Shown in pieces: positions 12,910 through 22,910 of a stretch of DNA of 64,000 bases. The notes beneath the pieces were generated by a model, which was given only the letters and a program-made list of their open reading frames with translations, had not been told where the DNA came from and did not search any database. The number at the start of each line of letters is the position of its first letter. The first letter of the stretch is position 1. The translations under genes and the position numbers were made by a program. The DNA is taken from NCBI GenBank assembly GCA_002269645.1, contig NIVC01001004.1, positions 1 to 64,000 of the forward strand, written 5' to 3'. This DNA is from Macrostomum lignano (taxonomy: Eukaryota).

Positions 12910-15900
12910 GTGATCGATTAGAGAAAAAATGGCTGGACCGATTTTGTTCAAACTTGCACTGTTCGATCAGAAATTTTCCCGTGACTGTACATGCATCGCG
13001 GCTAAGAAATTGCTCGATGCTAAAGGCATTAAATATTCGAAAAACATGCTTTTTTGCAAAGGTCAAGCAAACTTTTCGACTTGAAATGCATTGTAAGAAT
13101 GCTAGAGAAAAAACTGACTGGTTGAATTCTGGTTCTGAAATAGATTGCATCATCACTGAATTGTAACTCCGACTTGAATTGAAAATGCAGTGTGGAAGCG
13201 TAGCACCAGACTTGATTTAAATTGCGTAACCATATTGTTAACTGATACTGACTGACTGAGAAACTGATTATGTCATAACTGCTTCGTGTGATTTACTCTA
13301 TGCTTGGATTTAAAAGTGTTGAATTATATATATATAATATAAGTGCAAAATTTGATGTTATCAAAAAGATGAGAACTAGCCTAGAGGTGAACAGACTGAA
13401 CTGCTAAATGCAGCGACGATGGTTCGAATTTTCATAGAGTATAATTTTTTTAATTAAAGCTTTTCAACGTCAGGAAAACTAAAAGACTTTTTAAAAAGAA
13501 GCGTCATGTAAAAATCATAGTAGCGTCATGTAAAAAATCGTAGAAGCGTCATATAAAAAATTATAGAAGCGTCATATAAAAATCATAGATGCGTCATTTA
13601 AAAAATCATAGAAGCATCATATAAAAATCATAGATGCGTCATTTAAAAAACCATAGAAGCATCATGTAAACAATCATAGAAGCGTCATTTAAAAAATCAT
13701 AGAAGCATCATATAAAAATCATAGATGCGTCATTTAAAAAATCATAGAAGCATCATGTAAACAATCATAGAAGCGTCATTTAAAAAAATCATAGAAGCGT
13801 CATATAAAAATCATAGATGCGTCATTTAAAAAATCATAGAAGCGTCATGTGAAAATCATAAAAGCGTCACGTAAAGAATCATAGAAGCGTCATGTAAACA
13901 ATCATAGAAGCGTCATGTAAACAATCATAGAAGCGTCATTTAAAAAATCATAGAAGCGTCATGTAAACAATCATAGAAGCGTCATGTAAACAATCATAGA
14001 AGCGTCATGTAAACAATCATAGAAGCGTCATTTAAAAAATCATAGAAGCGTCATGTAAACAATCATAGAAGCGTCATGTAAAAAATCATAGAAGCGTCAT
14101 GTAAAAAATCATAGAAGCGTCATGTAAAAATCGTAGAAGCGTCATTTAAAAATCATAGAAAATCATAAAAATCAAAAATTAAATGCAGCTATAATGCTGT
14201 GCTGGGGAGAAAAACTGAGACGTAAAGGCTCTCAGAGAATAACTGCTGAGATTACGGGGGGGGGTTTCTGAGATGTCAAAGCAAAAGTCAGAAGCTACTT
14301 CAAAGTTCATGTACTTTACTCAATTTTTTTATTGCATTCTTTGTTGGCTCGCCACGGGAGGCGCTTATAGAAGAAGAGTCATGTAAAAAATAAAAGTAGC
14401 ACTACGAGCGTATGTACGAGCTATACATAAAAGAAAAGTCATGTTCAAGTTAAAAGATTCATTTGGGAATTGCTACGATGTCAAAGCTTGGTGGAAATCG
14501 TTATAGTGCTGTGATTCTTAAAGAAGGAATCACTAAAATGTCAAGGCTTAGGGGAGAAGAATTGCTGAGATTTCAAGGCTTTAGGTTGGGTTAAAGTTAG
14601 GTTTAGGTCAGGTGTGGGTTGAGGGTTATATTTTATCGGGTTTCAAGGTTAACAGAATAACAGGGGATTTTTTAGATTTCAAGGTTTATGGAGGCCATCG
14701 CTGACATGTTAAGGCTTACGGGGGAATAGCTGAGATGTCAAGGCTCACGGGGTATAAATGAGATTTCAAGGCTAAAGTCAGAAGCTACATGTAGTTTATT
14801 GAAAACTTTTTATTACATTATTTGATGCCTCCTCAGGGGAGGGATCGCTGATAAAAAAAGCGTAATGTAAAAAATAAAAGAAGCTTCATGTCGAAGTTAA
14901 GAGATTCATTTGGGAATCCCTACGATGTCGAGGCTTGCAGGAAATCGCTATAATGCTGTAGTAGTGCTATAGTGACTCTTAGAGAGAATTACTGAAATTT
15001 CAATGTTAGGTTAGGGTTAGGGTTAGGGTTAGGGCTAGGGTTAGGGTTAGGGTTAGGCTAGGGTTAGAAGGTTGACAGATATTTTTAGATTTCCAAGGCT
15101 TATTGGGGGCATTGCTGAGATGTCAAGGGGGGAAGTTGATATGTCAAAGCTTGTGGGGGGGGAATTACTGACATGTCAAGGCTTACAAGGTTTGACAGGA
15201 GATTTTTTAAGATTTCAAGGATACATGTAGCTTATTAAAAAAACGTGTATTGCATTTATTTGGCTCCCCAACGGGGGGCGTAGATTGCTAGTTGTTAACC
15301 TAATCTCCGGGGTTAATCTAGTAGCTTGACAACTGCATAGCAACGGTTTGATGGCTAATTGTTAACCTAATCTCCGGGGTTAATCTAGTAGCTTGACAAC
15401 TGCATAGCAACGGTTTGATGGCTAATTGTTAACCTAAGCTCCGGGGTTAATCTAGTAGCTTGACAACCGCATAGCAACGGGCTGTCGGAGCTCCAAGTTA
15501 ATCTAGTAGCTTGACAACCGCATAGCAACGGTTTGATTGCCGTTGTTAACCTAAGCTCCGGGTAAATCTAGTAGCTTGACAACGGCATAGCAACCAGCCC
15601 TAATTTCTGTTTCCTATTCGCCCCCAACACAGGCTCAAGCGGTAACAGCGTGGTGCGAAGTAGTCCGCCTACTGCTTGTGTACGGAGCCGACCTGTCCAA
15701 CAAGGTGACATTCAATCACAGAGAGACCGCCCTGGACCGCCTAGTGAGAAAGCTGCTTGCCCTGATGGAGTGCAGCGCCAGCTCGCAGGAGTTCTTGGCT
15801 TTGGCCAGGCTGCTGCTCACTCTGTCCCGGTTGAGCACCCGGCGGCGCCGGCTGGCCTCGGCGGCGGCTTACCTGGCGAGCCACCAGCTGGCCGCCAGCG

Positions 15901-16094
15901 AGCCGCGTTTGGGCCGGTTTTTCCTGCGCCTGCGCGACGACCTCTCCGGCCCGCTGAGCTTGAAGGCGGCCTCCGCACTGAGGCTGCGTCTGGCTTGCGG
16001 AGATCCGCTGGTTGCTAGGGCTCGCCGATTGCCGTTGCCAAGGACGCTAATTCACTACGTAGTATTCGGTGTTGCCGAATCTGCGGCTAGTTAA
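9762..16094 (+). CDS. Ankyrin repeat and SOCS box protein (ASB-type Cullin5/Elongin BC adaptor). Exons 9762-9998, 10401-10737, 11900-12255, 15633-16094 (~463 aa); N-terminus may extend into upstream exons
   Basis: GT-AG junctions with matching phases (0,1,0). About 6-7 ankyrin repeats (TALCYAAANG, TPLIKAVSQGHLEVVRLLL, GNTALH, GETPLD). C-terminal SOCS box PLSLKAASALRLRL...LPLPRTLIHYV. Upstream exon candidates end at 9043 (AAG|GTAAGT) and start at 9656. Confidence 0.85.
10860..11790. repeat. 38-bp minisatellite (aataatcatcatctcacctgaaaatcatcatcctactc) filling an ASB intron
   Basis: About 20 units, interrupted at 11518-11689. Confidence 0.95.
11518..11689. mobile_element. 172-bp foldback MITE, hAT-like
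   Basis: Near-perfect palindrome 11525-11680 centred on GTCACGTGAC. Termini CAT...ATG. 8-bp duplication AATAATCA at 11510-11517 and 11690-11697. Confidence 0.75.
13490..14170. repeat. 22-23-bp tandem repeat (aatcatagaagcgtcatgtaaac) inside the Helitron
   Basis: About 29 units read directly. Confidence 0.95.
15006..15067 (+). repeat. Interstitial telomere-type (TTAGGG)n tract inside the Helitron
   Basis: About 10 near-perfect units; a degenerate counterpart lies at ~14581-14628. Confidence 0.9.
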
Positions 16095-16420
16095 TTCTCG
16101 TACCACCTGGTATCCTGGCTCAACATTCAGGATGTCAGATTGGAAATCGGGAAGCCAACATCTCTCTGCCCTGGGCCTTTCCACGTTACCTTGACAAGAG
16201 TCGCGAAACAGTCATTTCAAACAGCTCACTAGTTACTCTAGCGACTCTGGGGGCGACTCAAAGGGCGTCACGTTGAGTCTTGAGAATTGACTCTTTGATA
16301 ACTTTTTGGCGTTTCGTCGTTTTAGAGTCGTCTAGGGTCACTTTTTTCCTATTTTTACCTGTGTCATCTGCGCTACGGGTGCGGGTGCTACACAATTGAC
16401 TCTGTTAGGCACCTTGGCCT

Positions 16421-19400
16421 ATGTACCGTTTTCATCGGGTAATTGATTGACACAGTGTTGAAATCCCAGGAATCTCTATTATACTAATGGAAATATGGAA
16501 CGTAAATTTGAGAAAGCGCACAACATATCTTAGTTGCTGCAAAGTGCGAATTGTCTACGACCAAAACCCCATGAATTGCCAAGAAATTTATAGTTTGTGT
16601 AGAAAACAATATTTGTCTATGGTTGGGGCTCCAACACCACACCCAAGGAAGCCTCTATGTTCGCTTCTAGGAACCCAGCCGTGGACTTTTAAGTCACACT
16701 TAGACTGGAACTGGAGTTGAATTAAGGTTTACAATAATGTTATTGATATTTGCTAACACTTTCTTAACCATAGATCTATTAAGTGAAGCATAAAAAAGTA
16801 CATGATGTTCTTATTTTAAAGTTCAAAAAACAGTTCCATTTTGGCTAAGTCGATCTCTTTGCTGTTTATGAATATATAAAAATTGTCTTATTTGTGTATT
16901 GTGGTTCTTAACAATCAATAAAAATTATTAGGTGCTCTGTGCTTCTTAATAAGTCATTCTCTTGTGCATATTACTTTTATTAAAAATTTTAAATTCGCGC
17001 AAAAATTGTCGTAATGCAAAAATTCCGGGTTTTATGGTTCCCTCTTTAATTCCATTCATTCTTATATTTCATATCTCCTCATTTGCTATTTTATAATTTT
17101 AAAGTGCAAAAAATACCCTCTGAAATTCCACTATTATACCTCAATAATTTTTATTTATAAATAAATTTGTTATAATTAATATTGCTGGACAAACATTATA
17201 CCTGGTATGTTATTTATGATCTCTAGAGTTGCCCACTTTTAGTGTAGTCTTTAATTATCGATTTTATTTTTAACAAAAATTATTTTACGTAATTATGTTA
17301 CTTTTTATTACTTGTTAACAAAAATCATTTTATTGCATTCGCGGATAAGTGAAAAAGTCTGTCTGCTTGCTGGAACTGCAGCTGCCTTTGATCCTGGCTT
17401 TTTTGATTCGCTAATGCAATGCGCCCTACTTTCTTTGTACTATGTAATTTAATATATAATCCTTAGATTCTCTAAAGTACATTTACCATTATTTTATACC
17501 TGCCCTAAAATACATCCACTATCCAATCCTCCCCTGCCCTAAAGTACATTCAATATCCAATCCCCCTGCCCTAAAATACATCCACTATCCAATCCTCCCC
17601 TGCCCTAAAGTACATTCAATATCCAATCCCCCCTGCCCTAAAGTACATTCACTATCCAATCCTCCCCTGCCCTAAAGTACATTCACTATCCAATCCCCCT
17701 GCCCTAAAGTACATTCACTATCCAATCCCCCTGCCCTAAAGTACATTCAATATCCAATCCCCCCTGCCCTAAAGTACATTCACTATCCAATCCTCCCCTG
17801 CCCTAAAGTACATTCAATATCCAATCCCCCCTGCCCTAAAGTACATTCACTATCCAATCCTCCCCTGCCCTAAAGTACATTCACTATCCAATCCCCCTGC
17901 CCTAAAGTCAGAAATCAATAAGTTTCGGCTGTGACTAAGCTTACAATTTTTAACCATTGAACGTTTTCAGTGTTAAAACTTTAGTTTGTTTAAAAAAATT
18001 ACTTTATTCGTTTATATTTAGCTGCAACTTACTGAGCCCAACAACTATGAGTTTCAAGTAGGCATTTCTGTAACCATTGGTGCTGAGTTCCTTTTAAACT
18101 CGAAGCTTAAATGTCTTTGAAATTAACTTAAATTTGAGTCAATACATGTGTTAACTCCATCTATAGTTTAGAATTCTCAAACAAGATTGCTGGAATTCCA
18201 AGAATCCCAACTATTTAGGGATCAGAATCCCAGCAATTTAGGGATCAGAATCCCAGCAATGTAGGGATCAGAATCCCAGCAATGTAGGGATAGAATCCCA
18301 GCAATTTAGGGATCAGAATCCCAGCAATGTAGGGATCAGAATCACAGCAATGTAGGGATCAGAATCCCAGCAATGTAGGGATCAGAATCCCAGCAATGTT
18401 GGGATCAGAAACCCAGAAATTTAGGGATCAGAAACCCAGAAATTTAGGGATCAGAATCCCAGCAATGTAGGGATCTGTATCCTAGGAATTTAGGGATCAG
18501 AATCCCAGGAATTTAGGGATCAGGATCCCAGGAATTTAGGGATCAGAATCCCAGGAATTTAGGGATCAGAATCCCAGGAATTTAGGGATCAGAATCCTAG
18601 GAATTTAGGGATCAGAATCCTAGGAATTTAGGGATCAGAATCCCAGGAATTTAGGGATCAGAATCCTAGGAATTTAGGGATCAGAATCCTAGGAATTTAG
18701 GGATCAGAATCCCAGGAATTTAGGGATCAGAATCCTAGGAATTTAGGGATCAGAATCCCAGGAATTTAGGGATCAGAATCCCAGAAATTTAAGGATCAGA
18801 ATCCCAGGAATTTAGGGATCAGAATCCCAGGAATTTAGGGATCAGAATCCCAGGAATTTAGGGATCAGAATCCTAGGAATTTAGGGATCAGAATCCCAGG
18901 AATTTAGGGATCAGAATCCCAGGAATTTAGGGATCAGAATCCCAGGAATTTAGGGATCAGAATCCCAGGAATTTAGGGATCAGAATCCCAGGAATTTAGG
19001 GATCAGAATCCCAGAAATTTTGGGATCAGAATCCCAGGAATTTAGGGATCAGAATCCCAGAAATTTAAGGATCAGAATCCCAGGAATTTAGGGATCAGAA
19101 TCCCAACTGTTTAAGGATCAGAATCCCAGGAATTTAGGGATCAGAATCCCAGGAATTTAGGGATCAGAATCCCAGGAATTTAGGGATCTGTATCCTAGGA
19201 ATTTAGGGATCAGAATCCCAACTGTTTAAGGATCAGAATCCCATCTGTTTAAGGATCAGAATCCCAGGAATTTAGGGATCAGAATCCCAAGAACTTAAGG
19301 CGAGAAATTCTTCAACCTTAGGGATCGTAATTGTGCCCTCCAGTTCGAAACGCTAATTTTCACAGCCTGTATTTATTAACCCTCTCCTCAACTCAGTTCG

Positions 19401-20536
19401 CCATTCGCCACCTGTCAGCGCCGGCCCATCTCGGGCTGAGCACGGTTCGCTGCTGCTCGTTGAACTCCGGCAGCCTGCTGGCCGCCAACGCTCGCCAATC
19501 CCAGTTTGGCTCGCTGTTGCGCAATCGATTGCGTAATCAGAGTCGATCTCCGCTTGGCGGCAACGCCATCCGCCGGTGCCACTCGTCGGCGCCTCCGTCG
19601 GCTTCGCCGGTCTGGCACCCGATGGTGGCGCATCTTACCGCTGGCCAGAGACGCGCCGTCGGCATCTGGCTGGCCACCTGCGCCGGGATGACCGCTGGAG
19701 CCGTTGTGCTGGGCGGCCTGACCCGGCTCACGAGGTCCGGCCTGAGCATGACCAACTGGTCGCTGTTTAAGGTGTTTAAGGGTTTCTGCGTGTGTCTCTA
19801 ATCTCACTCAGTCTCTGATCTCACCCAGACTCTAATCTCACCCAGGCTTATCTCATCCTTACTGTTGTCTCACCATGACTTATCTTACATGAATCTAGTC
19901 TCACCTCGACTCGAATCTCACTTTTACTCTAATCTTAACCCAGCTTTAGTTTCACACTGACTTGAATCTCACTCTGGTTTATCTCCCCCACCCCTAGTCT
20001 AATCTCAACAATAATCTAATCTAACCTTTCTCTTACCTCACTCTGACTCTAATCTTACCCTTAGCTCTAAAATCTCATCGTTGTCGCTAATTGTCCCTTT
20101 TGTCCTCAAACTCAATGCGTTTCTAATCTCACAGTGTGCCCAATCTCATCTTTAGCTCAAAAGTCATCATTACTATTGGCTCTAATCTTATCATGTTCAT
20201 ATTCTCTCCCACGCGCCCAATCCATTATCAATGGAATCCAGGAGCTGCCGCCAGTGACTCAGGCAGACTGGGAGCGGGAGTTCCAGCGCTACCAGGCCTA
20301 CCCGGAGTACGAGTACATCGTGCGCGAGCGGGGCAGCATGTCGCTGAACGATTTCAAAGCCATCTTCTGGCTGGAGTTTCTGCACAGAACCTGGGGTCGG
20401 GCGATTGGAGCTGCCTTCCTCCTGCCGGCCGCTTACTTCTGGGCTCGGGGCCGCTTTCAGGTGGGCTGTGCCAGCCAAGATAGGGGCTCGGGTCACGTGA
20501 TCTGACCATTGAATGTAACTGTACAGTCCAAATTAG

Positions 20537-20567
<31 letters not shown>

Positions 20568-20819
20568 GGTTAGTTATTTATTTAGACAGTTAGTTTGTTA
20601 GTGAGTTACTTAGTTAGTTAGTTAGCTAGTTAGTTAGTCAATTAGTTAGTTAGTTAGTCAGTCAGCCAGTTAGTTAGTTAGTCAGTCAGCCAGTTAGTTA
20701 GTTAGTTAGCTAGTTAGTTAGTTAGTCAGTTAGTTACTTATTTATTTAGACAGTTTGTTAGTCAGTTAGTTAGCTAGTAAGTCAGTTAGTTAGTTAGTGG
20801 GTTAGTCAGTCAGTTAGTC

Positions 20820-20858
<39 letters not shown>

Positions 20859-21103
20859 CAGTTAGTTACTTATTTATTTAGACAGTTTGTTAGTCAGTTA
20901 GTTAGCTAGTAAGTCAGTTAGTTAGTTAGTGGGTTAGTCAGTCAGTTAGTCAGTTAGTTAGTTAGTTAGTCAGTTAGTTAGTTAGTTAGTCAGTTAGTTA
21001 CTTATTTATTTAGACAGTTTGTTAGTCAGTTAGTTAGCTAGTAAGTCAGTCAGTTAGTTAGTTAGTGGGTTAGTCAGTCAGTTAGTCAGTTAGTGGATTA
21101 GTC

Positions 21104-21158
<55 letters not shown>

Positions 21159-22022
21159 CAGTGAATTGGATAGTATTTCGACACTCAAATCGCAGCCAGC
21201 ATTGAGTCAAGTAGTTTTGTCAATTCTTCCACTGATCCCTAAGCAACAACATGTCACACCGCAGTGCCACATGCCGTCCCTACCACCCCCGCCCTCACCT
21301 CAGCCCGCCATGCGCAAGCGAGTGCTAATCTACGGCAGTCTAATCCTTGGCCAAGGACTGCTAGGCTGGTACATGGTCCGCAGCGGGCTGAGCAAGGACA
21401 CCCTGACTCAGGACGTGCCCCGGGTCAGCCAGTACAGACTGGCCGCTCACCTGGGCTCGGCCCTGCTGCTATTCTCCCTGTTCACCTGGTCGGCCCTCAC
21501 CCACCTGCTGCCGTTCACTCAATTCGGCGCCGCCGTGGCTCTGCGCGGCCGCCTGGCCGCCGCTGCCACCTGCTGACGTCGGCCGCCTTCGCCACGGCCA
21601 TTTCCGGCGCGTTCGTTGCCGGTATCGACGCCGGCTTGGTGTACAACAGCTGGCCTAAGATGGCCGACCGCTGGGTGCCAACCGACTATTGGGCTCTGCA
21701 GCCGGCTTGGAGGAATCTGTTTGAGAACGCCAGTGCTACTCAGTTCAATCACCGACTGCTGGGGCACAGCACCGCCTGTGCGGTTGCCGCCGTATGGCTG
21801 TGGGCTGTGGCGGCCAAAACTCGCGGAGCCGCTCTGCCGCCTCGAACTAGGCTGGCGTTGAACAGCCTACTGGCAGTAGTGTGCACCCAGGCCGGGCTGG
21901 GCATTGCCACTCTGCTCACCTACGTGCCTATCGCTTTGGCCGCCTGTCACCAGACTGGCAGTCTGGCTCTGCTGGGCACCGCGACTTGGCTCATGCACGA
22001 GCTGAGGCGCCTGCCCAAGTGA
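16421..22022 (+). CDS. COX15: Heme A synthase COX15. Exons 16421-16438 (putative, MYRFHR), 19397-19771, 20242-20460, 21304-22022; one base is missing near 21565-21572
   Basis: Motifs [89 protein letters not shown] and [20 protein letters not shown] match the COX15 family. All junctions are phase 0. Arg/Ser-rich mitochondrial presequence-like N-terminus. Exon 1 is less certain than the rest. Confidence 0.92.
17495..17907. repeat. 32-35-bp minisatellite (ctgccctaaagtacattcactatccaatcctcccc)
   Basis: About 12 units. Confidence 0.95.
18205..19290. repeat. 23-bp minisatellite (gatcagaatcccaggaatttagg) x~47
   Basis: Period measured between 18541 and 18564. Confidence 0.97.
20535..21160. repeat. 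(TAGT/CAGT)n microsatellite in a COX15 intron
   Basis: Read directly from the sequence. Confidence 0.97.
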
Positions 22023-22044
22023 ACTGTTAGGCTGTAGCTGCTGA

Positions 22045-22058
22045 ACTGACAGACAGTC

Positions 22059-22131
<73 letters not shown>

Positions 22132-22370
22132 CTAAGACAGACACTAAGACAGACAGACAGACAGACACTAAGACGGACAGACAGACAGAAGGACAGACAG
22201 ACAGACAGACAGACACTAAGACGGACAGACAGAAGGACAGAAGGACAGACAGACAGACAGACACTAAGACGGACAGACAGAAGGACAGAAGGACAGACAG
22301 ACAGACAGACACTAAGACGGACAGACAGAAGGACAGAAGGACAGACAGACAGACAGACAAACAAACAGAC
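22045..22370. repeat. (GACA)n microsatellite just after the COX15 stop
   Basis: Read directly from the sequence. Confidence 0.97.
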
Positions 22371-22910
22371 AGTACATTTGGCAAAAGATTTTGTGTTCGC
22401 AGTTGGCGTGTAGCAATTGGTGCACAGCACACAATATATAGCACGTGTTCAACTTATATAAATTCGATTACACGATGTGTTTTGTCGCTATCAAGAATTC
22501 ACCCTATTAAGCCGCCAGTTAGCACAGCAGCTGATGCATTACCACGTCGATATTAATTAGTGGGCAATAATTGAGGAGTGCGGCATCGTGTATTCAGTAT
22601 CTCTATATTGCGTCATTGTTTTTCCGGTGTTATTAGTTTAATACAAGGCGCAATCTGTTAGCTTTTAATGTACGGCGCTCAAGAAAGAACAACATAAAAA
22701 TAAATACAAAAATGAACGATTGGGTGTTACTTTAATTTTTCCTATTATAATTACTTTTTCCCTAATAATTATGCTGTAGGTAAGTGTTTTATCCTAAAAA
22801 ATAAAAAGGTAATGTTATGCTAGTTGTCTAGTAAGATAGTGGGGCTTGCAGCATAGGAAAAATAATAAAAATAGTTATGCTACTAAATTGCATTAAAGTG
22901 TCTCAGGTAT

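Larger units (their letters stand above)
12848..15291 (+). mobile_element. Non-autonomous Helitron (2444 bp)
   Basis: 5' end TCCTATATACTAAAA. 3' hairpin GCTCCCC-AAC-GGGGGGC followed by CTAG (15288-15291). Inserted between host A (12847) and T (15292) with no TSD. No RepHel ORF. Confidence 0.85.
12257..15597. repeat. 58-67-bp minisatellite (ttaatctagtagcttgacaactgcatagcaacgg...) at 12257-12847 and 15292-15597, split by a Helitron
   Basis: The same unit lies on both sides of the insertion; joining 12847 to 15292 restores ggctaa|ttgttaacc. Confidence 0.95.

Noticed and set aside
15006-15067. Chromosome end or fusion site
   Set aside because: The tract is short, single-orientation and embedded in a Helitron inside an intact intron.
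18205-19290. CRISPR-like appearance of the many 20-38-bp arrays
   Set aside because: Units are head-to-tail with no unique spacers, there are no cas genes, and the context is eukaryotic and intronic.
19725-19750. COX15 TRSGLSM (instead of TESGLSM) as an inactivating change
   Set aside because: As I recall, this variant occurs in functional homologues, and the ExxHR and other His motifs are intact.
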